This document shows, in pieces, positions 25,910 through 35,773 of a DNA stretch of 46,868 bases; within the stretch, counting starts at the first letter, position 1, and each line of letters begins with the position of its first letter. The position numbers and the translations under genes are program-made. Location: positions 1 to 46,868 of IMG/VR virus record IMGVR_UViG_3300032225_002469, one strand, 5' to 3'. Origin of the DNA: a virus (lineage: Duplodnaviria; Caudoviricetes). The notes beneath the pieces are model-generated. The model saw nothing but the letters and a program-made list of their open reading frames with translations, ran no database searches and was not told the DNA's origin.

Positions 25910-26704
25910 ATGACACCCGACCAACTGGCAGCAGAACTGACGAAAGCGGCAGTTAGCGGCGTAAGTAAAACGCAAATTGTTAGTTTTTTTAAAAAAACAT
26001 ACGGCGTTGATGTTGATAAATTTAATGATCTTTTAAAAATTTGCAATTTTAAAACAAAACCAGCACGCGTTAATTACAATTATTTTTATAACTTACCTGT
26101 CACCAAAAAAGCCAAACAATTAGCATATCCTTTTACGCAAATATATACCTGTGAGGAATTTCTTTCTCCAGGTATTTGCCAAGCTTTAATTAATTTGGTT
26201 GATAGCAGGCTGCGGCCGTCGACCGTTTCCAATCCGACTGACGATTCTCTTGTTTCTGACTATCGCACCAGTCAAACAGCAGATCTTAATTGGTTTGAGT
26301 CTGGGCCTTTGATGCGGCTTGATCAACTTATTACAAATTACGTTGAAATTAAACCTTACCTTGGTGAGACATTGCAGTCACAAAAATACAATCCAGGAGA
26401 ATATTACAAAGAACATTGCGATTTTTTCTTTCCTTTATCTAAAGAGTTTAAAACTTACACCGAATGGATGGGACAGAGAACCTGGACGTTTATGTGTTAT
26501 TTAAATGATGTAAAAGAAGGCGGCGAAACTTATTTTAAACACCTTAATTTAAAAATAAAACCAAAACAAGGAATGGCTGTTATCTGGAATAATTTATACA
26601 AAAATGGATTGCCTAATCCTAAAACATTGCACGAAGCCTTACCGCCAATCAGTGGTAATAAATACGTAATTACTAAATGGTTTAGGTCTTGGTCGTTAAT
26701 CTAA
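25910..26704 (+). CDS. 2OG-Fe(II) oxygenase, prolyl 4-hydroxylase-like
   Basis: RTS, YKEHCDF (HxD), YLNDVKEGGET, LHEALP, KYVITKW. Confidence 0.88.
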   Translation: MTPDQLAAELTKAAVSGVSKTQIVSFFKKTYGVDVDKFNDLLKICNFKTKPARVNYNYFYNLPVTKKAKQLAYPFTQIYTCEEFLSPGICQALINLVDSRLRPSTVSNPTDDSLVSDYRTSQTADLNWFESGPLMRLDQLITNYVEIKPYLGETLQSQKYNPGEYYKEHCDFFFPLSKEFKTYTEWMGQRTWTFMCYLNDVKEGGETYFKHLNLKIKPKQGMAVIWNNLYKNGLPNPKTLHEALPPISGNKYVITKWFRSWSLI

Positions 26705-26721
26705 ACCCTGTAGGGAATTGA

Positions 26722-26827
26722 TTACGCAAATACTTTGTAAGGATTGATGGGTTCTACCGGGTAATCATCCCACCTATCAGGCGGCAAAAGTCCAGGCGTC
26801 GACGTCGGAAAAACGTAAGAAATTCAT
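26722..26827 (-). pseudogene. Remnant of a small tail-associated gene, apparently internally deleted
   Basis: ATG overlapping the upstream stop gives MNFLRFSDVDAWTFAA*; a shifted frame gives LPPDRWDDYPVEPINPYKVFA*. Confidence 0.5.
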
Positions 26828-28590
26828 AATTGGGTGATTTGTTGGAGGGTGGTGTTGCTGAGGCGTGTGGGCCAGTAGGTGAGGCGTTTGATGGTGCCGT
26901 TCCAAGCGTTGAATCCATTTGCACGTCTTCCAAATCGCATTGTTGTAACCGTGGGAAGTGAAATGGATGTATCCGTAACAACAGAAGCACCATTAAAAGA
27001 AATTGCGGAATTATTAACTGCTAACCCAACACCAAGTTTTCCATTTGAGCTAGTATTCCATGCAGACCCAAACATGTCGGCTTGCGCAGCTCCACCGGCA
27101 GTAACACCACATGTAGCCAAATAACTGATTAATCTGCGAGACAACTGAATTTCATTGTTAAGCGAACCATCATCGATTGTTGCAACCATAATTGCATCAG
27201 TTGTTCTGGAGTCAAATGATTGACCCTCCGCAAACACCGTCCCCTCCGTTTGATTATAAAACGAGCTAAAGTTTGACCCGGTAATGCTGGCCACATCTAC
27301 GGCGCGGGTTACGGTTGCGGTAGTCGTGGGGATATAGGAGGTGGCAAAAGCACCGACTTCTAGTTGGGCGCCCCAAGCGTAAACATCACCACTAGCGGAC
27401 GGCATTCGCAACCACTGCTGATTTTGGGTATGTGTTTGAGTAGCAGTATCCGTCACAACACACCTATACCAACCATTGCCTACTGCTGTCATTGAGCCAG
27501 TAGCTCCATTTATAAATGTAGGAACACCAGTGTCCAGGTTCCATGTAGCAATTGGGTTGCCACCACCAGAATTAAACGTAGTTCCAAATAACAAAGTTAG
27601 GCAGGTAGATGTATTTGCTTTTTTAAGATAAATAGAATAAGTGTAAGTTGTGCCGCTTACGAATTGATTAGATGAAGCATTTGGCTGCTCCAAATATCCT
27701 ATTAGTGTACCGCCGCCAGCCAACAAGTCAGCAGTTGTTGACCCGTTTGGTGACACTGTTTGATTGGCAGTACAAGCCAAGCCGCCATTTGCAGTCCATG
27801 TTGTTAACAAATTCTCCGACTGCAACAGCAGGTTCGTCCTCGCCTCTTCCCCCAGCAGGCCAAGGCTTTCACTTGTTGTTGGGTCATGCGTAAAACGTGG
27901 GGCAGAGTTAATAGCAGATGTGGTTTGGATGTAATCACCAACGGTTGAGGCTTGCTCAAGTTGGGCGCCCCAAAGAAATGCAGTGCCTCCAGTAACAACA
28001 GTAAAACGGTAAGGGTACACACGAACAAGAACGCAACCAACTGGAGTGGTAAATGTGTAACTTACCCGCCGCCATTCGGTTGTGACTGGCGTTACATTTG
28101 GCGTAATATCCGTAGCAATAAAAACTCCAGCCGTATCATCCCTAACTGCAAATTTAAAGTCCGATGCTGGCATTGTGCCAAGTTTGACGTAAAAACTAAA
28201 TGTGTAAGAAGTTGACGCAGTACAAGTTAAAACCTGATAAAAATTTGGAGTGCCAGAAGAAGCAGTTAAAGTGTCAGCTGTAATTGTTCCGTTAGGTGCA
28301 GCTTGAGTGTTGGCAGTAATAACTAATGCTCCTCCTGTCCAACTTGCATTATCAAACTCCTCACTCCTCAGCAGCAGGTTCGTCACCGCCGTCTTAATCA
28401 ACCCATCGCTACCAACATATGTAGAAGAACCTGCAGGAGCCGCACGATTAAATGTAATTAAGTTGCTACCACTAATAGAATCAACTAAAGATTTATTAGC
28501 AGCAAATTTTAAATCAAGCGTAGCACTTTTAAACGCAGCTGAGGCAACATTACCTGCTACCAAACCTTTTAAATGAGGAAGTATGAACAT
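26824..28590 (-). CDS. Tail/virion protein with duplicated carbohydrate-binding-like domains
   Basis: Two TNLLLxSE...WGAQLE units; ATSYIPTT..VTRA; RLSNTTLQ terminus. Confidence 0.75.
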   Translation of the reverse strand: MFILPHLKGLVAGNVASAAFKSATLDLKFAANKSLVDSISGSNLITFNRAAPAGSSTYVGSDGLIKTAVTNLLLRSEEFDNASWTGGALVITANTQAAPNGTITADTLTASSGTPNFYQVLTCTASTSYTFSFYVKLGTMPASDFKFAVRDDTAGVFIATDITPNVTPVTTEWRRVSYTFTTPVGCVLVRVYPYRFTVVTGGTAFLWGAQLEQASTVGDYIQTTSAINSAPRFTHDPTTSESLGLLGEEARTNLLLQSENLLTTWTANGGLACTANQTVSPNGSTTADLLAGGGTLIGYLEQPNASSNQFVSGTTYTYSIYLKKANTSTCLTLLFGTTFNSGGGNPIATWNLDTGVPTFINGATGSMTAVGNGWYRCVVTDTATQTHTQNQQWLRMPSASGDVYAWGAQLEVGAFATSYIPTTTATVTRAVDVASITGSNFSSFYNQTEGTVFAEGQSFDSRTTDAIMVATIDDGSLNNEIQLSRRLISYLATCGVTAGGAAQADMFGSAWNTSSNGKLGVGLAVNNSAISFNGASVVTDTSISLPTVTTMRFGRRANGFNAWNGTIKRLTYWPTRLSNTTLQQITQL

Positions 28591-28595
28591 AGTTA

Positions 28596-29009
28596 TTAGG
28601 TTGACGTGTCGCCTGCAAAAATATATTCATTGGCTACTACACTAAGCAAAGATGCAATTGCATATTGTCCACCTGTTTTATTTGTACTGCCTCTTAATCT
28701 TAATGTTGCGCCAGACCCGGCCGCTACCGTTACTTGACCCGCGCCATATTGCACAACACTGCAGCTAAATCCAGCACCTAACCCACTTGGAACCGTTAAT
28801 GTAACAGCAGATCCATTTGTAAAAACAATAACCCTTCCGTTATCATTAGCTATTAATGTATAAGAAACACCTGATTGCGTATTGACACCGTCAGGTGTTA
28901 ATTGAAAATGATCGGAAATAAATCCAGGAGCATCTGCATACGTTTTAAAAACAGCCACACCACTTTTGGCATTTAACAATACGTAATCATTGATGTCGGT
29001 AATGGCCAT
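28596..29009 (-). CDS. Putative tail/structural protein
   Basis: SYTLIANDNG...TVPSGL..Q.GAGQVT tail-tip-like motif. Confidence 0.65.
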   Translation of the reverse strand: MAITDINDYVLLNAKSGVAVFKTYADAPGFISDHFQLTPDGVNTQSGVSYTLIANDNGRVIVFTNGSAVTLTVPSGLGAGFSCSVVQYGAGQVTVAAGSGATLRLRGSTNKTGGQYAIASLLSVVANEYIFAGDTST

Positions 29010-29059
29010 GCAAACTCCTAGCTTTTACAACTCTAACAAAAGCAATTTTAACACACAGT

Positions 29060-29404
29060 TTAGTTGGCAGCCATCTGGAAAGTTACGGCAGCATTGCTGC
29101 CCCCTACACGCTGAAGAAAGTTGGCTCGAATTTTCTTCATTGGAAACCCACTAACATTGTAAGTGTAAGTTCCATTAACAGTAATAGTATTAGAAATCAT
29201 CGCGCCGTAATCTGTTCCATTTAAACTGCCCTCTAAACGCACGACCACATTGGTATCAATATTTGCAACAATAACCATTAAAGTGTAGTTTCGAGTTGAA
29301 AGGTAGTTTGGTGTATAAACGTCATACGCTTCAGTAACGCCAGGAGCTGAAAGAGTTGGCGGTGCAAAAAATACCGTCTGCTGATAACTTTCGTAATAAC
29401 TCAT
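29060..29404 (-). CDS. Putative structural protein
   Basis: Beta-rich, RLEGSLNG motif. Confidence 0.6.
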   Translation of the reverse strand: MSYYESYQQTVFFAPPTLSAPGVTEAYDVYTPNYLSTRNYTLMVIVANIDTNVVVRLEGSLNGTDYGAMISNTITVNGTYTYNVSGFPMKKIRANFLQRVGGSNAAVTFQMAAN

Positions 29405-29527
29405 GATTCTGCTGCAAGTACCAATAGTTTAACCATAAAACTGCTTTGTCAACCACAGCGCATAGAAACCCTGTACATCCCTCTAGCACTGCAGAAGGAT
29501 GCAATAGCAGTGTTCAGTGTTTTAAAC

Positions 29528-32500
29528 TTACGCCTGCGCTTCTGTCCAGGAAAGGCGGGCGCTGATTGAGTTTGTAGCAACGGCACTCACGTTAGTCACC
29601 TTAATAGTGACTACGTCAGGACCATCCGGATACAAGTTGACTGCACTGGTAGGTACTGTAGTAGTTGTACCTCCGCCAAGAATACTGTTGCCAAGATCCC
29701 GCACCAAAGTAAGCTCTTGTTGCACAACGCCAGGCGTATAAGCAAAGAAAGATAAGATGCTTTCCCCGCCCGTCACGGTGGTTGTACCTGATGTCGAGTG
29801 TGTAGCAACTTGTGCCAAGCTAGAACCACCTGCAGCAGCAAATGCACCTGCGCCAGTACCACCAATTTTACCGTTAAGGACTAATTCCACACGGAAGATA
29901 GCTGCAGTTCCTGTTGTAACCACATCCATTTGTCGCAACGTTAATTGCATACGGTTGATGAGATCACGTGCACCAAGAATACCTGTAAGACCTGAGTCAA
30001 CGGCTGGCGACAAGCGAATACTTAAAATAGCAGCACTGGCGGAAGCAGCAAGATTGGCAATAGTAGTGTTGGTAGACGGCGCTTGGAAAATATATGACTT
30101 GTCATCGTCATAACGACCATCCATAATCACAGCAGATCCCCAGTGCGATAAAGTGCTGGCAAATTGACCTGGATAAGCTTGTACTTGAATTGGCGCAGTA
30201 GTAGAATATGTAAAAATTTGAGCAGTACTATTTCCGCCAGCATTGGCCAATCCCCCTGGACCACTTATACTAGCTATTGCTCTACGTAAACCAAGCAATT
30301 TAGTATCGGTTTTATTGTTATATCGAATATACTCAATTGCGCCTACTGTAGATGAACCCGATCCAGAAGTAGTATTTGCTGGTTTGGTTAACACTGCAAC
30401 ACCGCTTTTAGGAAACCCTGCTGTGCTTGCAACTGTTATTGCATCAGTTGCTGTATCAGAAAGGTCTGCTGCAAGTATTGTATAAGCGGGTGTTGTGTTG
30501 CACTCGTAGCGGGCACACATGTTACCTGACCGCATGTATGCCTCGGTATTGCGATTACTATTGGGAATTCTATGCGCGTAAAAAATCTCACCTTTTTGAT
30601 CTTTAAATCCAAAACGAATTGCACCTGCACCATACCAGGCGTAATCAATATACATCATTTGCATCTTGGCAAGATTCAAAACAAAATTGCTTGCACCAGT
30701 ACCATCACACCTGTCTATATTCCAAGCCGATTGTGGATAACGTTCTTCAGTTCGCTTGCTAACTATAGTGTTCGCAATATTAGCTGTTCCTCTATATTCA
30801 GGATAAATCACCATTGATGTGTCGCTGATAATAGAAAGAACATTGTAAGTCATTCCGCGAATAACAACCGCGTCTCCAGGGACTAGTTGACTTGAAAAAA
30901 CCGTACTGGCGCCAGTGACCGCTGTTTCTCCCGCATTAACTGAAATGCTGCCAGTAATTTGCGTTGTTGAACTACGCTTGACTGCATATAAAGTTTGACC
31001 ATCAAACTCAAAAAAGAAACCGTTTTGTTCATCAAATAAACCAATGCGGTTTCGCGCATTCCACCAATTTTCAGGGCTTATTGTAATTGGAAAACCTGGG
31101 TCTGGTGTTGTAGTTGGTGCAATTAAAGATGTGTAAGTAAATGAAGTATCGGTAGGAACCGTTTGCACCAAGAAAGTACCGTTATATGCTGCATCTGTAC
31201 AACCACTGACAGTCACAAATGGGCCGGTGCCGTTTGGAAAAAGCGTGCCATTTGCGGCACCAGCAGTAATTGTTGCGGTCGGGGTGCCCCCAGCAATAAA
31301 TGTAAACTGCGTTGCAGAAAGTACAGACGCAACTGTCCATGTTCCTGTAGGTTTATAAGCGCCACCGCCGCTAAGACTTTTAATAAAAATTTGATCGCCT
31401 ACACTGAACCCGTGGTTGTCAACTGTGGTACAAGTAATAGTTGTACCATCGTAAGTAAAAGCACCACCAGCGCTGGTACTAACGGTGATACCAGCAGAAG
31501 CAAGATAATTTCCGTTTAAATTATGTGGATTTTTTAAATTAACAGTAACAGTTGTACCCGAAGAAGTAATACTATCAACATTAAAAGCGGGTTTTAAACT
31601 GGTGCCTGTGCTGAACTGAATGCCTTTACCAGATTGGTAACGAAAGTAACGACGGGTTTGGCGAATTAATTGATTGCCGGAATAAGGATAACCAGCTGTG
31701 AATGAAACACCACCATCAAATGAACGGTGAATTACACTACCAAACGGACGAGGATATAAATTAGTCGAACCGGCTGTGTTACCCAGTGTACCTGTTGGAG
31801 TTGCGCTGGCAGTGTATGTAAAAGTATTAACAGTAGGTGTTGTTTTTACAAGAAAACTACCATTTGGAGCATTAGTAGAAGCAGTAACGCCTACCACAAA
31901 AATGCCGTCGCCTGCGCTAAGGCCGTGCGCATTAGTCGTTGTAACAGTAATTGTGGCGCCACTAAAAGTAAAGGCCGTGGTTCCAGTCAGGGGAATACCT
32001 GAACCAGTATAAAAATTACCGGCATACATATAAGTTTTTGTTGCATCATAAATTGAACCACTACCTGCGGTACTTGCAACAATATAAGTAAAAGTAAGAC
32101 CTGGGGAAGTTGCAACAACAAACCAACCATTTGCTACTGTTTGAGTAGTACCTTGAACAAAAATAGGTGCTCCAACTGCAGGAGGCAGCGTAACACTGAC
32201 GTTACCTGAAGTACTTGCAATACTGGTAGCACTTGTGTATGAAATTGTAGATGTTGTTGTTGCAGTAACTGTTACAAGTTCGTCAACGCCAGAACCGCTG
32301 GTATAGTCTACATAGATTTTTTGCCCCACTTGCACGCTATGGCCCGCAATTGTAAGGGTAACTGCAGTAAGAGTCTGTGAGTACGTACCTGTTAAAGAAG
32401 CTGTTAAAGTTACGGTAATGGTTGTAGTGGACGCTGATACCGCACTTACTAACAGAGGAACAGTTACATCATAAGAAGCACTAGGCCTGTTGTTTAACAG

Positions 32501-32686
32501 GTTCAAGCTTTCCCATTTGGTTGATTGAGTACTATATTCAAAGTCAGTATCAATTAATGCTTGCGGATTAGAAACACGCAGCTTACCAACAGGATCAGTT
32601 AACGTTTCACCAGGAGTAATGGGAACCGGATTGTAAAAACGGTTGGTCCCATCTGGGAACATATGCTGGAATGAAGTTGCAGGCAC
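29528..32686 (-). CDS. Large virion/tail protein with repeated ITVT..HG beta modules
   Basis: 1052 aa, Thr/Gly-rich; several modules (e.g. ITVTTTNAHGLSAGD...NG.F...TFTY) inserted in a core shared with 5830..7191. Confidence 0.75.
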   Translation of the reverse strand: MPATSFQHMFPDGTNRFYNPVPITPGETLTDPVGKLRVSNPQALIDTDFEYSTQSTKWESLNLLNNRPSASYDVTVPLLVSAVSASTTTITVTLTASLTGTYSQTLTAVTLTIAGHSVQVGQKIYVDYTSGSGVDELVTVTATTTSTISYTSATSIASTSGNVSVTLPPAVGAPIFVQGTTQTVANGWFVVATSPGLTFTYIVASTAGSGSIYDATKTYMYAGNFYTGSGIPLTGTTAFTFSGATITVTTTNAHGLSAGDGIFVVGVTASTNAPNGSFLVKTTPTVNTFTYTASATPTGTLGNTAGSTNLYPRPFGSVIHRSFDGGVSFTAGYPYSGNQLIRQTRRYFRYQSGKGIQFSTGTSLKPAFNVDSITSSGTTVTVNLKNPHNLNGNYLASAGITVSTSAGGAFTYDGTTITCTTVDNHGFSVGDQIFIKSLSGGGAYKPTGTWTVASVLSATQFTFIAGGTPTATITAGAANGTLFPNGTGPFVTVSGCTDAAYNGTFLVQTVPTDTSFTYTSLIAPTTTPDPGFPITISPENWWNARNRIGLFDEQNGFFFEFDGQTLYAVKRSSTTQITGSISVNAGETAVTGASTVFSSQLVPGDAVVIRGMTYNVLSIISDTSMVIYPEYRGTANIANTIVSKRTEERYPQSAWNIDRCDGTGASNFVLNLAKMQMMYIDYAWYGAGAIRFGFKDQKGEIFYAHRIPNSNRNTEAYMRSGNMCARYECNTTPAYTILAADLSDTATDAITVASTAGFPKSGVAVLTKPANTTSGSGSSTVGAIEYIRYNNKTDTKLLGLRRAIASISGPGGLANAGGNSTAQIFTYSTTAPIQVQAYPGQFASTLSHWGSAVIMDGRYDDDKSYIFQAPSTNTTIANLAASASAAILSIRLSPAVDSGLTGILGARDLINRMQLTLRQMDVVTTGTAAIFRVELVLNGKIGGTGAGAFAAAGGSSLAQVATHSTSGTTTVTGGESILSFFAYTPGVVQQELTLVRDLGNSILGGGTTTTVPTSAVNLYPDGPDVVTIKVTNVSAVATNSISARLSWTEAQA

Positions 32687-32751
32687 TGACTTTACCCTTA
32701 ACGCTGGGAACTTTTTTTAATTCTAACAGCTGTGACTAAAGAGTTGCTAGC

Positions 32752-33222
32752 TTATTTTTTGTAATCCAAGTTGGATTTAAGCAACCATTGATTCACCTTG
32801 TGTACTCTTCCACGTTGAACACCAAGATCAAGGGTCAGTTGATCCCCGATCTGATCTGACATTTTAGCCAGTTCTTCAAATTTAACGGCTAAGAGATTGT
32901 GGTTTGTGGCCAGTTGAAGAATAATTGCATCCTGGTTAAAACAGTTTTCCAGAGGTACCTCAGGCATGGTGGAGTACACCAAGTCCTCTACGGTCTTAGG
33001 TGTGGCAATATCAAGGCTGCGGAGATGCTCAGCAATTGTATCGATGCCTTCTTCCAGTTCCTTGTAAATCCGTTCTGTTAGCAGATGGAGTTGGTAAAAC
33101 TTGCCGCCCATCAAGTTCCAATGCACAAGCTGCGTCTGATGGTAAACGTAGGTGGAGTCCCGCAAACACTGCGTCAAGTGGCAGTAGCAAGGAGTTGTTT
33201 TATCGGTTGTAATTTTAGCCAT
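32752..33222 (-). CDS. dps: Dps / ferritin-like protein
   Basis: HWNLMGGKFYQLHLL...DTIAEH ferroxidase signature; GDQLT.D, WLLKS. Confidence 0.85.
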   Translation of the reverse strand: MAKITTDKTTPCYCHLTQCLRDSTYVYHQTQLVHWNLMGGKFYQLHLLTERIYKELEEGIDTIAEHLRSLDIATPKTVEDLVYSTMPEVPLENCFNQDAIILQLATNHNLLAVKFEELAKMSDQIGDQLTLDLGVQRGRVHKVNQWLLKSNLDYKK

Positions 33223-33227
33223 TTAAA

Positions 33228-33503
33228 TTAACCCCAAAGTCGCGAGCATGCCCAGTAACGGGGCGTGTTCTTGTCCATAGTCTTATCACACCCCATTCTA
33301 GCCCGAAAGTTCTTACGCCGCTCAGGATCGTGGTGTTGGGTGTAATCTTCATAACCACGCCGCCCGTACCTCACAATCTTCTCCTCCCCATCGTGACAAG
33401 ATTTAACAACCCACTTATGCGTATCCCCATCTGGAGCACGTTGAGGTTTGTTGCACTTCATATGTGCCTTAGCTAGGCGCTTGGCTTTAGCGTGATCAGC
33501 CAT
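33228..33503 (-). CDS. Small basic viral protein (DUF5754-like)
   Basis: VRYGRRGYEDYTQHHDPERRKNFRARM..PRYWA motif. Confidence 0.65.
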   Translation of the reverse strand: MADHAKAKRLAKAHMKCNKPQRAPDGDTHKWVVKSCHDGEEKIVRYGRRGYEDYTQHHDPERRKNFRARMGCDKTMDKNTPRYWACSRLWG

Positions 33504-33505
33504 GG

Positions 33506-33694
33506 TTAGACATAATACTCCTTGTTGCTACTTAAATCTTGAGAAACCTGTCCGTTTGCAGTTTGTTGAAAATCGTCCGGCACACGCGAATCTGTTAATG
33601 CTTGAACAGCTTGTGAAATATAGTCATCTAAAAATTTTTTCCCATCTTTTGCAGGCTGTTGATCAGGTTGCGATCCATCCGAGGGTTGCATCAT
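33506..33694 (-). CDS. Small hypothetical protein
   Basis: 62-aa ORF between - strand genes. Confidence 0.5.
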   Translation of the reverse strand: MMQPSDGSQPDQQPAKDGKKFLDDYISQAVQALTDSRVPDDFQQTANGQVSQDLSSNKEYYV

Positions 33695-34073
33695 TGCAAA
33701 TATAAGGTATGGCCTGAGCCGTAGAAGTGATTCTTACGGAGCAAGGTCGTTGCTCCATCCATTCCTTAAGTTTAACAACCCTTTGCTCTGAATAATTTTG
33801 ATGAGAAGGGCTCATGTAATCAAAAACATGTTGCGAACCTTTGGCGCGATTGCAATTAGAACATGCGCACGCCAAGTTGTTTCTGGTGCTATGTCCACCT
33901 TTGTGTTTCGGAACAATGTGATCAATTGTGGCATCACGATCACTTAACTGTTTATCACAGTAAGCACAAGACCAATTCCAATCTTCAAAAATACTTTCTC
34001 GAAATCGTTTACGCGCAATCTTGGGAGTAAGAACAATTAAGTTCGCTAGTAAATCGTTTTCGCAGTGAAACAT
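33663..34073 (-). CDS. HNH endonuclease (McrA-like)
   Basis: CAYC, TIDHIVPKHKGG, NNLACACSNCNRAKG. Confidence 0.85.
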   Translation of the reverse strand: MFHCENDLLANLIVLTPKIARKRFRESIFEDWNWSCAYCDKQLSDRDATIDHIVPKHKGGHSTRNNLACACSNCNRAKGSQHVFDYMSPSHQNYSEQRVVKLKEWMEQRPCSVRITSTAQAIPYICNDATLGWIAT

Positions 34074-34144
34074 GAAAGTGTCATGAATCCTTACCCAAAA
34101 ATACGGTGCACACACCTGCCCTATGCGCTATGCTTGTACTGAAA

Positions 34145-34227
34145 GGGAGTGTGGCGTAATCGGTAGCCGCATCAGACTTAAAATCTGATGGTCCTTGACC
34201 GTGGGGGTTCAAGTCCCCCCGCTCCTA
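34145..34227 (+). tRNA. trnL: tRNA-Leu (UAA), intron-less, CCA not encoded
   Basis: Acceptor gggagtg/cgctcct, D-loop GGTA, anticodon arm tcaga-ctTAAaa-tctga, long variable arm, ggggg-TTCAAGT-ccccc. Confidence 0.93.
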
Positions 34228-34228
34228 T

Positions 34229-34450
34229 TTAATCAGTTAAACCAGCTGCAACGTCTTCAGCTGGATCGTAGTCAGCGTCCTCCAGGAGCTTTAACAGATA
34301 ATAGTGGACACGGTCGGTAGTCCAGCGCAGGTCCTCGTCACTGACATCACAGATAATCGAGTTCAACCGCAGCTCGCGTGATGGCTCACGTAAGTGCTCT
34401 GCAAGCAGCTCTAGAGCGCGGTAACGACCTGGCGTGAAGTCCCCTAACAT
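34229..34450 (-). CDS. Hypothetical protein
   Basis: ATG 34450, immediately after the previous stop. Confidence 0.6.
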   Translation of the reverse strand: MLGDFTPGRYRALELLAEHLREPSRELRLNSIICDVSDEDLRWTTDRVHYYLLKLLEDADYDPAEDVAAGLTD

Positions 34451-34451
34451 G

Positions 34452-34658
34452 TTAATCTGCCAGTCCTGCAGCATTTAATGCTGGACGTTCTTCTTCGGCT
34501 TCTTCTTTTTTCAGAACATCAAGGATCTCAAGCGCTCCTGAAACTTTCAAGTAGCCTTCTTTTGCTGCCATGAGGTTGGTTTCCATAGTACGGATCTCTT
34601 CAGCCAACTCAGTAAGTTGTTTTTTAAGACCAATTTCAAGGCTTTGAATGGAAGACAT
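34452..34658 (-). CDS. Small coiled-coil protein
   Basis: Heptads ending LKVSGALEIL; similar to 36637..36834. Confidence 0.6.
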   Translation of the reverse strand: MSSIQSLEIGLKKQLTELAEEIRTMETNLMAAKEGYLKVSGALEILDVLKKEEAEEERPALNAAGLAD

Positions 34659-34692
34659 AAGACGTAAAATTTACTGTTATATTAGCAGATTA

Positions 34693-34878
34693 TTAACGTT
34701 TAGCAAGTGGTGTAATAAGGCCCGCAAGCATCTCAATAAACCGATAAGCTTTACTGACTGAGTTGGGAGCAGCTGCATCCCTGGGGGTGGTTGTGATATT
34801 CACAATAACAATTGCTAAAGCATGTAACGCAACGATGATGTCGGTTAAATCTTTAATGTGCTGCGCAAGATCATGCAT
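34693..34878 (-). CDS. Small membrane protein, possible holin
   Basis: Hydrophobic IIVALHALAIVIVNITTTPRD...YRFIEMLAG; adjacent to the peptidase. Confidence 0.55.
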   Translation of the reverse strand: MHDLAQHIKDLTDIIVALHALAIVIVNITTTPRDAAAPNSVSKAYRFIEMLAGLITPLAKR

Positions 34879-34908
34879 GGCTAAAAAACAATCAAGTTAA
34901 TTCTAAAA

Positions 34909-35715
34909 CTAAGCAAGGTCTATGTACCAACCACTGCCATCGCCATCGACCATCCAACGAGTCCTAATTAAACCGTAACTGTATTGCTTTGCGTGCCCAT
35001 CAGTAGAAATATATGTTCCAGTTTTGTGATCGATTGTGCCCCAGGGGTCATTGACCGTAAACTTTTGAGTACTGTCATCGAAACCTGTAACCAAAATCCA
35101 GTGCCCCCCACCAGATGGTGCATTGCTGGGCCCATGGTGAAGAATCCCAATAGGAATTGGTACGTTATTTTTTAAATTACGAACAAGATCAAGGAGCCGT
35201 CCACTTGTTTTAAAAGCAGCTTTCAGGCCCAGGCTATGCAAAACTTTGACTTGCACGCTGCTGTCTGTACTATCGCCAATTGCAAAAACTTTCTTAACGT
35301 ACTCATTGTCATTTTGAACGGAACCGGGTTTTAAGTACATTGCTGCCATGGCACAGGAAGAAGAAAAACAAGTGCGACTGGCATCCCGATAGTTATCGCG
35401 TTGTGACTGATAAGGCACATCAAGAAGTTTGCGATTAATTGTATCTGTATTAACGGTTGAATTGCGTTTGGGAACTACACGACCGGCCAAACCTTCCCAA
35501 TGTTCGTCATAAACCCACCAGGTACCCATCCCGCCTGGTAGTTCTATTTGTGTGTGTTTGTTTTTTTGCGCCAATACTTTGCAACCCCTGTAATCCCTGC
35601 CTTGAATAACTTTTGCAAGTTGCTCATTGGTCAAATCTGCACTATCAACTGGTTCTTTTTTAAACCAAGTTTTCTGGGATGAACGGATATCAATGGTTGC
35701 TGCTGGTGCGGACAT
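34909..35715 (-). CDS. Peptidase C39-like protein, candidate endolysin
   Basis: LDVPYQSQRDN, TCFSSSCAM (Cys), GGGHWILVTG (His), VNDPWG (Asp). Confidence 0.82.
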   Translation of the reverse strand: MSAPAATIDIRSSQKTWFKKEPVDSADLTNEQLAKVIQGRDYRGCKVLAQKNKHTQIELPGGMGTWWVYDEHWEGLAGRVVPKRNSTVNTDTINRKLLDVPYQSQRDNYRDASRTCFSSSCAMAAMYLKPGSVQNDNEYVKKVFAIGDSTDSSVQVKVLHSLGLKAAFKTSGRLLDLVRNLKNNVPIPIGILHHGPSNAPSGGGHWILVTGFDDSTQKFTVNDPWGTIDHKTGTYISTDGHAKQYSYGLIRTRWMVDGDGSGWYIDLA

Positions 35716-35773
35716 GAGCGTAGGGACTGTGGTCCTATCCTAACTGTCAAAGTACTTTAATAAAGGTGCCTAA

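Noticed and set aside
34145-34227. Group I intron in tRNA-Leu(UAA), or the tRNA as a prophage att site
   Set aside because: The anticodon loop is uninterrupted; phage genes lie on both sides and no duplicated tRNA 3' end or integrase was seen.
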